From an uncultured Chloroflexia bacterium (GTDB lineage Bacteria > Chloroflexota > Limnocylindria > QHBO01): 64,000 bases of DNA. The translations under genes were made by a program, and so were the position numbers. Below are positions 20,376 through 29,993 of the stretch, piece by piece. Numbering within the stretch: position 1 is the stretch's first letter; every line of letters starts with the position of its first letter. The stretch spans positions 141,590 to 205,589 of the forward strand of contig CAWEUD010000013.1 of the NCBI GenBank assembly GCA_963812115.1, given 5' to 3'. The notes beneath the pieces are model-generated. The model made no database searches, had not been told where the DNA came from, and worked only from the letters and a program-made list of their open reading frames with translations.

Positions 20376-21534
20376 GCGTTTCCCAGAGGTGCTCGTACCT
20401 CGCGGCGCAGTCGTCCCAACTGAACAGCCTCATCGCCGCCTCGCGCCCCGCCATCCCAACCGACGTCGCCCGCCGCGGATCACTCAGAAGCGCTGTCACT
20501 CGCGCGGCGTAGGTTTCCGGGTCCCGCGCAACTTCGACCTCCAGACTTTCGCGAAGTGGTAGCCCCTCCACGCCCAGCGGCGATGCAACCACCGGACGTC
20601 CCGAAGCCATAGCCTCCAACAGCTTATTCTTGATGCCGCTCCCACTAACCATCGGGCATACGATGACCGCGGCCCGCGCCAGGGTAGTGGGCATGTCCTC
20701 GACGTAGCCAGTCACCTCTACTGAGGGCGACGCAAGTGCCAGGACGGATGCCGCGGGGTCGCGGCCCGCTATGACGAATCGTGCGCCGGGGCGTCGGTCC
20801 AGGATCAGCGGCAGAATTGCATTCACGAAGTGCGTGACGGCCGCGACATTCGGCGCATACGACATCGCACCTGTGAACATGATTACGTTCTCATCCGCAG
20901 CGTCGGCTGATGGGTGGAACCGCTCGGCGTCCACGCCGTTTTGGATCACGTGAACGCGTGGCGTGCGGCGGAGTGTGCGGATCGCCGCCGCGTCGGCTTC
21001 GGACACGGTCGTGATCGCCTGGTAGCGGTCCAGCGTAAGCGGTTCCAGCAGCCGCGCCGCGACCCAGCGCGCCCACGTCCTGGGACTGTTCAGGCGAAGC
21101 GCCCTCCGGTTCTGCAGCGTTTCCGAATCGACGAGCTCGAGGAGCTTGGCGGGGTGCTCCAGCATTGCCCCGATCGGGGCCATCGGCAGCTGCCGGACAT
21201 GAACGACGTCTGGCGCCATGGTCCGAACCATCCGTTGCGTCGCCTCAATGAGCCGCGCGGCCGAGCTGCCACGCATCGTGCGCGGCAGTACCACAGACGC
21301 TCCATTCGCAATGAATCCCCCCATCGCATTGACGCGTGAGTGCCGCTTGACCAGCGTGGTTCTCGCGAAGGGAATCGAAGCCTTGTCGAAGCAGACCCGC
21401 TGCTCACCCGTGGCGAACGAGACGAGAGAAACCTCGTGCCGGTGCGCCAAACGCCCCAGCACCTGGTACGCGATCAGCGTATTTCCTTGGGGCTCGTCGC
21501 ACGGAGGCGAGCGGTCGATTACCAGGACCCTCAC
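20347..21534 (-). CDS. family 4 glycosyltransferase
   Basis: GT-B C-terminal block SGSGIKNKLLEAMASGRPVVASPLGVEGL. The GTG start overlaps the upstream stop (GTGA). Confidence 0.8.
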   Translation of the reverse strand: MRVLVIDRSPPCDEPQGNTLIAYQVLGRLAHRHEVSLVSFATGEQRVCFDKASIPFARTTLVKRHSRVNAMGGFIANGASVVLPRTMRGSSAARLIEATQRMVRTMAPDVVHVRQLPMAPIGAMLEHPAKLLELVDSETLQNRRALRLNSPRTWARWVAARLLEPLTLDRYQAITTVSEADAAAIRTLRRTPRVHVIQNGVDAERFHPSADAADENVIMFTGAMSYAPNVAAVTHFVNAILPLILDRRPGARFVIAGRDPAASVLALASPSVEVTGYVEDMPTTLARAAVIVCPMVSGSGIKNKLLEAMASGRPVVASPLGVEGLPLRESLEVEVARDPETYAARVTALLSDPRRATSVGMAGREAAMRLFSWDDCAARYEHLWETLATEQHHAG

Positions 21535-22532
21535 GATATCATCGGATCAATATTGCGGGCGGTCCAACGGCGGTCAGCGCGCAGCGCAGGATATCGGCGC
21601 ATGTTGGACGAAGCGAATCGAAGCCAGAACAGGGTGGTTGCTGCGCGGATGACGTGGTTATCGGCCGCTTGTCCGAGCGCCAGCAGGTAGTTCCGCGCGT
21701 ACTCGCCAATGCTGCCGACCCGCGGATCAGCCAGGCTCAACGCAAGCTCCTCGCCCAGCTCCCGCCTGCGGCGCAGCTTCTGCGAGTAGGCAACGAGATT
21801 GATGACATCCAGGAGACACACGTCGCCATGGCGCGCACGGTCCCAGTCGACTATGCCGGTCAGCTCGAGCCCCGGGCCGGTGGCGAACAGTAGGTTCCCG
21901 GGCCAAAGGTCGCCGTGTACCCATCCCAGCCGAACCAGTCTTCCCGACAGGCCGGCCCGAAGGTCGGAGATGAGGTGATCCAGTCCTCTGCGACGTCGCA
22001 CATCACTGCCGATCATGTGCAGGAGGGCGACCTCGTCCTCGGCAATCAACGCGTCGACTTCCTCGTTGAGGAGGGTTCGATCCCGACTGGAGTGTTGAGC
22101 CAACAGCACCAGCGGCCCGAGTGTCGCTTGGAGGAGCCGCGAGGGCGGTTCGAGAAAGGCTGTCCCCGGAACGCCCTGGAGGCGTGTCTGAACAGGCTGG
22201 GTCACGCTATCGACCCACACTGGCTCCAACGAGCGCGGGATGATGCGCGCGAGCTGGGCGTCGAGCGAACCCTCGCGTAGGCGGGCTAGCGCGTGCTGCT
22301 CACGAGCGACGCTCTCGGCAGCTTTGGCGTCGAGTGCCACCTTGACCACGGCGTCAGCCACCTCAACGACCAACACCTTACTTCGGGTCAGGTGATAGCG
22401 CGGATTACGCCTTGCCGGAGGTTCTCTCGTATCCAGCGCTGATGCCACGCGCGCCGCGTATGAGCGGTAGGCCATCGAGTGCAGGCGACCGAACGCGCCG
22501 GTGGCCGCCCGCCGGGCAATAGAAGCGATCAT
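21531..22532 (-). CDS. aminoglycoside-phosphotransferase-fold (APH/choline-kinase-like) kinase
   Basis: The HGDLWPGNLLF catalytic loop and IVDWDRARHGD metal-binding motif are diagnostic of the APH kinase fold. ATGA overlap with the flippase stop. Confidence 0.65.
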   Translation of the reverse strand: MIASIARRAATGAFGRLHSMAYRSYAARVASALDTREPPARRNPRYHLTRSKVLVVEVADAVVKVALDAKAAESVAREQHALARLREGSLDAQLARIIPRSLEPVWVDSVTQPVQTRLQGVPGTAFLEPPSRLLQATLGPLVLLAQHSSRDRTLLNEEVDALIAEDEVALLHMIGSDVRRRRGLDHLISDLRAGLSGRLVRLGWVHGDLWPGNLLFATGPGLELTGIVDWDRARHGDVCLLDVINLVAYSQKLRRRRELGEELALSLADPRVGSIGEYARNYLLALGQAADNHVIRAATTLFWLRFASSNMRRYPALRADRRWTARNIDPMIS

Positions 22533-24121
22533 GACCCGCCGCCCGCTCCGAGGAGTAGCCGCATGCCTGGAATACGGAGGAGCTCCGGGAAGATGGAGTC
22601 AACCCTCAGGATCTGCCGGTTCGCGCGGAAAATGATGACGGAGGCGGCCGCAACCATGATCAGTCCGATCAGCACCGGCGGTTGTGTCATGAGTTGGACC
22701 AGCAGGACGACCATGGTGCCGGCAACGATACCGAAATAGACGCGAAGATAGCGCCACTCGAACACGTTGATACCCGTGCCCAACCGGAGGCCCGCCTGCT
22801 TTAGCACGTTGTGGATCACCAGGGTCGCCATGGTTCCAACAGCCGCTCCGAGGGCGCCATACGCCGGGATCAGGAAGAGGTTGAGCAGGATGTTGAGCAC
22901 GGCGGCCGTGACGTTGATGGCTATGGAATAGCGGAGCAAGCCGAATACCTTCAGCGTCAACCCGTTGAAGCCAAGGGCCGCGTTGAAGTAGTACCCGAGC
23001 GACAGTAATGCCAGGTAGGGCGCAGAAGCGGCATAGCGCGGATCGAGCATCTCCGCCAGCGGGCCAGCGAGCGAGAAGGTGAGCAGAAATATCGGAAAAG
23101 TGAAGACCGCCATCCAGACGGCCGTCTGCCAGTAGAGCTCTTTCACCGCGGGGTGGTCGCGCTTAGCGAACAATCGGGAGGCGGCAGGAACAAAGAGGAG
23201 CGTGAAGCTCGCGAACACGACCTGGTTCAGCTGAGCCGCAGGCTGTACCGCACGGAAGGCAGCGACATCCTCGGCTCCGCGGAACCAGCCGAGCAAGACT
23301 GCGTCCGAGGTCTGGATGACGATGTAGGCGACGTCGGCGCTGAGCACGGGGAGCGCGAATGTGAAGAGCTCGCGCACGGGAAAGCGGATTTCGGAGCGGC
23401 GCAGGCCCACAAGGTGGGGACGGAGCACGCCCAGCAGCACGGGAACATAGATAGCGACAGCTAGGGCGCCGCCGGCAACATACCCGGCCGCGAGGAACGC
23501 CACCTGTTGCTGAGTCAGGACAAGCGCGATCACCACGGCCAGGCGCAACCCAGGCGTCAGGACGTAGCGGCGGAAGAAGATCGCACCGGGACGCGCAAAC
23601 ACGGCCAGAAGAGCGACGAGCATGTCGTCGAAGGCCTGTATCGGCGCCAGCAGGATCAGGATCAGCAGCAACGAGAGGGCCGGGCCGTCGCTCATGATGA
23701 AGCCGGACATGATGCCACTCAGCCCGTACACGGCGACCACGACGCCGAGGCCGACCGTCACCACGGCACCGATCTGGATGATGATTGCGCCAACGAGGGT
23801 GCCAGGAGTGCCCTGTTCATCGTATATCGGAGCGAAGCGAGGTAACGAGCGGTCGAGGCCGAGGCTCATGAATGTCTGCGCAAAGGTGACCAGCGAGAGG
23901 ACGTAGGCGAACGCGCCATAGTCGGTCTTGGCCAGTGTTCGAAGGATGAGGACCTGTGCTAGGAAGTTGGCTGCGAGCGCGAGAACCCGGCCGGCAAAGA
24001 GGAGCGAGGAGCCTCGGATGTGGCTGGTGGCCGGGCTCGGGGCTGATGGGGAGATTGGCCCCGGGTCAGCTCGTTCAGACATCGCCCCACCAGAGCCTCG
24101 TAATCTCCCGCTCCAACTCAT
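22529..24121 (-). CDS. Wzx-like oligosaccharide flippase (MOP superfamily)
   Basis: About 14 predicted TM segments across 500+ aa with polysaccharide-biosynthesis-protein-like composition. An alternative start at 24082 (MSERADPG) is possible. Confidence 0.8.
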   Translation of the reverse strand: MSWSGRLRGSGGAMSERADPGPISPSAPSPATSHIRGSSLLFAGRVLALAANFLAQVLILRTLAKTDYGAFAYVLSLVTFAQTFMSLGLDRSLPRFAPIYDEQGTPGTLVGAIIIQIGAVVTVGLGVVVAVYGLSGIMSGFIMSDGPALSLLLILILLAPIQAFDDMLVALLAVFARPGAIFFRRYVLTPGLRLAVVIALVLTQQQVAFLAAGYVAGGALAVAIYVPVLLGVLRPHLVGLRRSEIRFPVRELFTFALPVLSADVAYIVIQTSDAVLLGWFRGAEDVAAFRAVQPAAQLNQVVFASFTLLFVPAASRLFAKRDHPAVKELYWQTAVWMAVFTFPIFLLTFSLAGPLAEMLDPRYAASAPYLALLSLGYYFNAALGFNGLTLKVFGLLRYSIAINVTAAVLNILLNLFLIPAYGALGAAVGTMATLVIHNVLKQAGLRLGTGINVFEWRYLRVYFGIVAGTMVVLLVQLMTQPPVLIGLIMVAAASVIIFRANRQILRVDSIFPELLRIPGMRLLLGAGGGS

Positions 24122-25289
24122 CTATTGGCCGCCGGGAGTCGAGGACGACGGCCCGGCGGAGGCCGCGCGCAAACTCCAGGTATTCGCGGCGTTTGCGATT
24201 GAGGATTTCCGTCGAATGCTCACCGCTGCGAGCGTGCAGGACCTCCGCCGGTGCGTCGAGCACGACGACCGTGTCGGGTCGGGGAGCCGTCGCGCTGAGC
24301 AGAGCTCGTCTGATGCGGTCCACGGGATTGCCGCCCGGCGACAGGCGCACTTCGAGCGGATGACGATCGAAGATGACGTACCGTCCGCGCCGCTGCGCAA
24401 CAACTGCTCGAACGCTGGCCGCCGTCAACCGTACGATGCGCGACAGCAGACCAATACCGCGGGGTAGTCGCCGGGCGGTGACAGGGTAGAGGCCCATGTA
24501 CTGGCGCATCACCGGAAAATAGAAACTCGACTGCACCGCACGGGAGAGTGTCGACTTTCCCGCGCCGTCGGGGCCGAGGAGCGCCAAACTCCTGCCGGGT
24601 CGCAGCAATGGGAGTAGCCAGGCGGCGCCGCGGCGCGCGATCCGTCTTCGCGCCGCGAGGACCGCGACCGCGACGCGGCGGCGTGACGTGGCACGGCGGC
24701 GAAACTCTGGCCGATGCAGCTCGACCGCGGTCCAGTCATTCGACGACATCCGTTGCCAGAGCCACTGCGTTTCGTCAACACCGAACAGTGCCGTAGCAAA
24801 TGCTCGCACTGGACTGCCGCCATCATCCGCGCCCACGAGTTCGCGCAGACGGACGCGATGCTTCTCGGCGCCGCCTGTTGGATCAAGCAGGTAGTGCAGG
24901 GCAAGCGCCCAGAACTCGTCAGCAGGGTGCGGCCGCATGATCAGCCCGTCCGCCAAGCGACGTTGCAGGACACCTCCACCGCAGTCGCACCCCAGCGTCT
25001 GATAGCGGCCGTACGCCAGGTCCGTTACGAGATCGAGCTTGATCCAGAGCGAGGTCGGCGCGTCGTAGGCAACGTAGAAGCGGTGGGTGCCATGGCCCCA
25101 GGCTGCGATCGGCCGGAAGCCGAGGGATTGAAGCACCGTCCGGGCCCGCCGATGGTCGTTGACCAGGAGATCTAGCTCACTGGGTCTCGTCACATCATCG
25201 CTGCCGCGCAGCAGGCACCACTCGACGTGCGCGGCCTCGAGTGCCTGAAATGCCGAGGCGACGCGGTCGTGAACTACGGGCGCGTTCAA
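24075..25289 (-). CDS. two-domain protein: N-terminal nucleotidyltransferase-like domain plus C-terminal P-loop (thymidylate/nucleoside-kinase-like) domain
   Basis: The N-terminal part (WCLLRGSDDV..ELDLLV...LGFRP) resembles the uncharacterised NTase family. The C-terminal part has Walker A LLGPDGAGKST and a kinase-like VIFDRHP...VVVLDAP layout. TTG start. Confidence 0.55.
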   Translation of the reverse strand: MNAPVVHDRVASAFQALEAAHVEWCLLRGSDDVTRPSELDLLVNDHRRARTVLQSLGFRPIAAWGHGTHRFYVAYDAPTSLWIKLDLVTDLAYGRYQTLGCDCGGGVLQRRLADGLIMRPHPADEFWALALHYLLDPTGGAEKHRVRLRELVGADDGGSPVRAFATALFGVDETQWLWQRMSSNDWTAVELHRPEFRRRATSRRRVAVAVLAARRRIARRGAAWLLPLLRPGRSLALLGPDGAGKSTLSRAVQSSFYFPVMRQYMGLYPVTARRLPRGIGLLSRIVRLTAASVRAVVAQRRGRYVIFDRHPLEVRLSPGGNPVDRIRRALLSATAPRPDTVVVLDAPAEVLHARSGEHSTEILNRKRREYLEFARGLRRAVVLDSRRPIDELEREITRLWWGDV

Positions 25290-25294
25290 GTGCC

Positions 25295-26713
25295 ATGTCT
25301 CAGGATCAACCTGAGACCGATTACGGCGGCGGGGGTAAAATGCCGCGCGATGCCCGCCCAGATCGATCGGTGACTTCGGTGAGCCCGCTGCGTGCCACAG
25401 TGACGGTGCTTGTCGCCGCCAGCATGCTCGGCGCCGGCGCGGTCGCTGTGCTGGCGTTCATCGCCGATCCCGGGCTGGGCGGTGGCCGTGCCACGACTTC
25501 CGCGACCGTCGGGCCGACCACGACCCCATCCCACCGCGACGAAATCACCGCATACCGAGACGCCGCATACGAGCCAGGCAAGGCCTTTGCCCCCACGTCT
25601 GGAAAGTCGCAGGCGAAACTCTGGTTCTACGACGGCCATTGGTGGGCCGTGATGCTGGACGCCACGACAACCTCGTTCCACATTTTCATGCTCGACGGCG
25701 AGACTCAGGAGTGGGCCGATACCGGTACCGTCGTCGACTCGCGCCTCTTTGCCAGATCGGACGCGCTCTCGGATGGCGATCACTTGTACATCATCAGCGG
25801 CGGGCCAGCCGAATACCGGTCGCATGCCGTCCAGCTGCGCCGCTACTCGTACATCACCGATGAGAAGCGGTACCTCCTCGATGAGAGTTTTCCCGTCGCC
25901 ATCACGGAGACGGGCGTGAAGAGCGTGACCCTGACGAAGGCCAGTGACGGGACCCTCTGGATTGCCTACATCCTGGCGAACGACCGCGTCCATGTGAATC
26001 ACACCGACGGGGACGATGCGCGCTGGGTCGGCGGCTTCGTGCTGCCCACGACGGGCACGGTGGTCGCCGCAGATGAGGTGGCGGTACTCGCGTACGCGGA
26101 TCGGGTCGGCGTGGTGTGGAGCAACCAGAACGTAAGTGCCGTCTTCTTCACGAGCCACCAAAATAACGCGCCGAGTGACGACTGGGAGGAGACATCGACC
26201 GCGATCGAAGGATTGGACCTGGCGGACGATCACATCAGCGCCAAGGCAGTGGAGGACGAGTCCGGGACGACCATCTATTCGGCGGTCAAGACGAGCCTCG
26301 ATGATCTCGCGAACCCGAACCCGCTCGATCCGCAGATTCTACTCCTGGCCCTCGATCCGAACGGTGAATGGCATCGCTACATCGTCGCGCGCATTATCGA
26401 CCGCCACACGCGTCCAGTGCTGCTCGTCAACCCCGATCGCCGAGAGCTCTATGTGTTCATGACCTCTCCCTACACGGGAGGGTCGATCTACTACAAGAAG
26501 TCGAGCATGGACGACATCTCGTTCGATCCGGGGCTGGGCGCGCCCTTCATCACGAGCCCGATCGATCGCCACATCAACAACGCTACTTCAACCAAGCAGG
26601 ACATTAGCGACGAGAGCGGAATCGTCGTGCTTGCAGCGGACGACAAGTCCGGGCGCTACGTCCACGGCACCATCGCGGGAGACCGGCCCACTGAGCAAGG
26701 CGCAATCCGGTGA
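25295..26713 (+). CDS. membrane-anchored/secreted protein with a propeller-like domain, paralogous to the N-terminal half of 29994..32801
   Basis: TM/signal segment VTVLVAASMLGAGAVAVLAFIA. The blocks KLWFYDGHWWAVM..FHIFMLD, LRRYSY and NNATSTKQD.....G.VVLA.D align with the large protein. Asp-box-like SDGTLW. Start uncertain (25295 or 25340). Confidence 0.6.
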   Translation: MSQDQPETDYGGGGKMPRDARPDRSVTSVSPLRATVTVLVAASMLGAGAVAVLAFIADPGLGGGRATTSATVGPTTTPSHRDEITAYRDAAYEPGKAFAPTSGKSQAKLWFYDGHWWAVMLDATTTSFHIFMLDGETQEWADTGTVVDSRLFARSDALSDGDHLYIISGGPAEYRSHAVQLRRYSYITDEKRYLLDESFPVAITETGVKSVTLTKASDGTLWIAYILANDRVHVNHTDGDDARWVGGFVLPTTGTVVAADEVAVLAYADRVGVVWSNQNVSAVFFTSHQNNAPSDDWEETSTAIEGLDLADDHISAKAVEDESGTTIYSAVKTSLDDLANPNPLDPQILLLALDPNGEWHRYIVARIIDRHTRPVLLVNPDRRELYVFMTSPYTGGSIYYKKSSMDDISFDPGLGAPFITSPIDRHINNATSTKQDISDESGIVVLAADDKSGRYVHGTIAGDRPTEQGAIR

Positions 26714-26795
26714 GTTCGCGTTGCCCATAGTGGCGTTGTCCTCGCGAGCTCATGTCGTCGTGCAGAACCGGTTGGCCGGGGCGGTATCCTGAGCG

Positions 26796-27062
26796 GTGCG
26801 GCTCGACCTGCTCGCAACGGTACTGCTCGGCGTGTTCGCGCTGGTGTTTGCCGCGTACCATTCGCCCGTAGCCATCGAGCGTGGCGTCTGGCTTCGAGCG
26901 GCGATCGCCGCCGGAATTGGCCTGGCCGCGGCGTTCGTGGTCCTCACGCTCAAGGTCGATCTTGTTCCCGACGACCTGGAGGCGCCGGCCGACTGGACAC
27001 TCATCGTCGTGATAACCGTCGTCCTGGTGGCCGCGAGCGTGTACCGCTCATGGCGAGGGTGA
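26796..27062 (+). CDS. small membrane protein (88 aa, three hydrophobic helices)
   Basis: The ORF is hydrophobic throughout (LLATVLLGVFALVFAAY, AAIAAGIGLAAAFVVL, IVVITVVLVAASVY). No homolog recognised. Confidence 0.4.
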   Translation: MRLDLLATVLLGVFALVFAAYHSPVAIERGVWLRAAIAAGIGLAAAFVVLTLKVDLVPDDLEAPADWTLIVVITVVLVAASVYRSWRG

Positions 27063-27083
27063 CTCCAAGTCGCGCGATCGCCC

Positions 27084-27707
27084 TTAGGCACCCGTCCCCT
27101 TGAACACCACAAAGACGGTGCGGAGAAGTAGGAGGAGGTCGGTCGTCACGCTCATCGTGTCGAGATAGGCGACGTCCATCCTCAGGCGTTCGTCAAAGGT
27201 CGAAACATGACGGCCCTCGACCTGCCAGATGCCAGTGATCCCCGGGAGAACCTCCAGCCGCTCCATCTGCCACAGGTCATACGAGTCCAGCAGGAAGTCC
27301 GTCGGTCGCGGACCGACCAGGCTCATGTCCCCACGCAGCACGTTGATCAGTTGCGGCAGCTCGTCAAGGCTCGTCTTCCGAAGGATCTTCCCGACCCGGG
27401 TGATTCTCGGATCGTCAACGATCTTGAAGTCGGGCCAAGGGACGATGCTGAGGTGGCGAAGGCCTTCCTTGAGTTCGTCCGCGTTCTGCACCATGGTTCT
27501 GAACTTCAGCATCTTGAAGTGCTTTCCGTGGCGGCCCACTCGCGTCTGGCGGAACACGATCGGGCCAGCAGAGTCAAGTCTGATCGCTACGGCGCAAAGC
27601 AGAAGGATGGGCAGGACCACCGGCATCGCCGCCAAGCACAGCACGATGTCCAGCTTTCGCTTGAGGCCCAGATATCGAAATTGCGGATATACATCCGTCT
27701 CGATCAT
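27084..27707 (-). CDS. polyprenyl-phosphate glycosyl-1-phosphate transferase (small monotopic PGT, bacterial sugar transferase family)
   Basis: GPIVFRQTRVGRHGKHFKMLKFRTM, DELPQLINVLRGDMSLVGPRP and LPGITGIWQVEGR motifs. ATG at 27707 has a GGAGGGG RBS and an ATGA overlap with the upstream gene. The upstream part of ORF 27084..27947 is rejected. Confidence 0.9.
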   Translation of the reverse strand: MIETDVYPQFRYLGLKRKLDIVLCLAAMPVVLPILLLCAVAIRLDSAGPIVFRQTRVGRHGKHFKMLKFRTMVQNADELKEGLRHLSIVPWPDFKIVDDPRITRVGKILRKTSLDELPQLINVLRGDMSLVGPRPTDFLLDSYDLWQMERLEVLPGITGIWQVEGRHVSTFDERLRMDVAYLDTMSVTTDLLLLLRTVFVVFKGTGA

Positions 27708-28342
27708 GGTGAGCCCCTCCGATTGCGCGACGCTTGCGGGATGAGGACGGGCGGCGCGAGCTGGCGCTTGGACTTCGGCTCCTGCGGCCGCTCGTTCAGC
27801 GCGGCGACGAAGCCGCCGACGCTGATTGCGTCCTCCGGGAAGCTGACGATATGGACCGGTCGTCTGGGTAGCAGGTATACATTCCGTCGGCGGAGGCGGA
27901 GGACGGCCTCCTCGGCGCCGCCTCGATTTGTCTCCGGCAGGACGCAAAGAATTTCGTCGTTTTCGGCCCAGACGCGATCGATGCCGCGCACGAGCTTTCG
28001 GATCTCGGCGGCACGATCGCTGACGGAGGATCTGCGATCGTCCTGCTCTGTGAAGACGATGCGGATAGCGCTGAACGATTTGCCGAAGCGACGGCTGCGG
28101 TCGAACTCTCGGTTGAACTCCTCCCCGAGCAGGTCCGGCTGGACGAGGCGTGCAGCCTTCCGGCGCTCACGGTCGTCTGCGTCACGTGCGGCCAGGCGTT
28201 GCATCACGGGCGAAAAGACGATCATCAACACCGTGATCGCGGCAATCGCAACGTATAGCGTGCTGATCCCCAGCAACGCCAACGTGTATCCGGCGACGGC
28301 GATGGCGACGCCGAACAGGATGAGCTTGCGAGCGGCACTCAT
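27704..28342 (-). CDS. membrane-anchored protein with a degenerate GGDEF-like domain retaining an RxxD motif
   Basis: Two N-terminal TM helices. The segment RGIDRVWAENDEILCVLPET aligns with the canonical RxxD-x5-GGDEF-xxxLPxT. The middle of the domain appears shortened. Confidence 0.5.
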   Translation of the reverse strand: MSAARKLILFGVAIAVAGYTLALLGISTLYVAIAAITVLMIVFSPVMQRLAARDADDRERRKAARLVQPDLLGEEFNREFDRSRRFGKSFSAIRIVFTEQDDRRSSVSDRAAEIRKLVRGIDRVWAENDEILCVLPETNRGGAEEAVLRLRRRNVYLLPRRPVHIVSFPEDAISVGGFVAALNERPQEPKSKRQLAPPVLIPQASRNRRGSP

Positions 28343-29757
28343 CCCCGCACCTCATCACCGACCTGCGCAGTGGCGGCCGGCAGACCGCTGGTTGGAGGAG
28401 CGTTGATGCTCAAGGCCACGAGATCCCTCGGAGCGTCCGTGCTGTCGCCACGGCGTCCGATTCCGAAGTACCGGAAACCGGCCGCAGCAAGTGCCTCGGG
28501 TTGAAGTGCGTTACGGCCGTCGATCACGACGCGGTGCGCCACTGCGTTCCCCACTGCTTGCCAGTCCAGCTCGGAGAACTGCGGCCATTCGGTGGTCAGG
28601 GCTACCGCATCAGCCCCCGCGACAGCCTCCTCGACGCTGTCGGTTACGTGCAACCCGGGGATCAACGCCGCGGCCGCCTGCCGTGCTGTCGGCATGGGGT
28701 CGTACGCCACCACTGTCGCGCCACGGGCTATGAGATTGCTCGCAATCGTAAGCGCGGGCGCGTCGCGGACATCATCGGTGTTGGGCTTGAAGGTCAGTCC
28801 GAGCAGCGTGACGCGAGCGCCATCGAGCTCACCAACAGCGGCAGCGATCATATCCACGAACCGGGTTCGCTGGCCGATGTTCACGCGCTCCACTGCGTCG
28901 AGCAGGGGCATGGAGTGTCCGATCATTTCGGCGGAGCGGACCGTCATCGCCACCTGATTGGGTAGGCACGACCCACCGAAACCGACGCCGGGCCGCAGGA
29001 ACCGCCGCCCGATGCGCGAATCCAGTGACATGCTGTGCAAGACCTCGGTCACGTCCGCACCGAAGGCGGTGCAGAGTGCCGCGAGCTCATTGGCGAAGCT
29101 GATTTTGGTGGCCAGGAACAGGTTCGCGCCCAGCTTCGCGAGCGCAGCATCGATCGCCGGCATGACGAGGACCGGTGCTGATACCTGCGCATACAGTTCC
29201 CTGAGCATTTCGACGCCGCGATTGGTCGGATCGCTGACAACCCCGACGACAACTCGTTCGGGTCCGAGGAAATCGGAGATGGCTGTTCCTTCTCGCGTGA
29301 ATTCGGGATTGAGGACCACGGCCGGCCGGTCGTTGTCTGGCCGCACCTCATCTAGGAAGGCGGGCAGCTGACGGATGAAGTCCGGTGGAAGCGTCGATCG
29401 TATGGCGAGGACAGCCTGAGCGGGCAACTTCGGCAGGATCTGCTCGAGGGCGCGGCGCACGGTTGTCGTCTGCCAGCCGCCATTGCCGTCGTGGGTACCG
29501 ACGGCAATGATCGCGAGGTCGGCCGTCCGAAGCTCGTCGTCAGCGTCGGACGGGGTCGCGAACGAGAGGCGACCGTCCTGCCGTGCGCGGCGGACCAGCT
29601 CGTGCAGTCCAGGCTCGTAGAATGGCAACGAGCCCACCTCAAGCGCCGAAAGGCGCTTCGCATCGGTCTCAATACCGAAGACGCGGTGGCCCCACCGCGT
29701 CAGGCATCCGGCCGTCACAAGGCCGACGTACCCAAGGCCAACCACTACCGTGCGCAA
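28339..29757 (-). CDS. ugd: UDP-glucose 6-dehydrogenase (UDP-glucose/GDP-mannose dehydrogenase family)
   Basis: VVVGLGYVGLVTAGCL Rossmann N-terminus, GFGGSCLP catalytic Cys region and a C-terminal UDP-binding domain. TTG start. About 30 aa of extra C-terminal tail. Confidence 0.9.
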   Translation of the reverse strand: MRTVVVGLGYVGLVTAGCLTRWGHRVFGIETDAKRLSALEVGSLPFYEPGLHELVRRARQDGRLSFATPSDADDELRTADLAIIAVGTHDGNGGWQTTTVRRALEQILPKLPAQAVLAIRSTLPPDFIRQLPAFLDEVRPDNDRPAVVLNPEFTREGTAISDFLGPERVVVGVVSDPTNRGVEMLRELYAQVSAPVLVMPAIDAALAKLGANLFLATKISFANELAALCTAFGADVTEVLHSMSLDSRIGRRFLRPGVGFGGSCLPNQVAMTVRSAEMIGHSMPLLDAVERVNIGQRTRFVDMIAAAVGELDGARVTLLGLTFKPNTDDVRDAPALTIASNLIARGATVVAYDPMPTARQAAAALIPGLHVTDSVEEAVAGADAVALTTEWPQFSELDWQAVGNAVAHRVVIDGRNALQPEALAAAGFRYFGIGRRGDSTDAPRDLVALSINAPPTSGLPAATAQVGDEVRG

Positions 29758-29981
29758 AATGTAGTACCCCCTTCACGAGCTGATACTCCCCAGTCCGCAC
29801 AGCCTGCAGGAGATCCAGATCATTCGATAAGTCCGAGATATGGTCGCGATGTGCGGTCCCGGGACGGTAGCTCAACGGAGGATCAAGCGCCATATGCAGA
29901 AGCCGTACCAGAGTCCTATGTGTTGACCAGCAGCACCAGGTTTTCGGACTACACCTGGTAGTCGTTGCGTTCGCTCCGTGG

Positions 29982-29987
29982 GATAAT
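29982..29987 (+). promoter_or_regulatory. candidate -10 box GATAAT 6 nt upstream of ATG 29994 (leaderless-type)
   Basis: GGGATAATCCGCCGATG with no Shine-Dalgarno between the box and the ATG. The -35 region is weak. The box lies in an AT-richer 236-bp spacer. Confidence 0.3.
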
Positions 29988-29993
29988 CCGCCG

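Noticed and set aside
27069-27078. HIP1-like palindrome GCGATCGC, also seen near 6222, 7932, 49511 and 61871.
   Set aside because: A rough expectation for this GC-rich 8-mer in 64 kb of about 70% GC DNA is already a few copies. The handful observed is not convincing enrichment.
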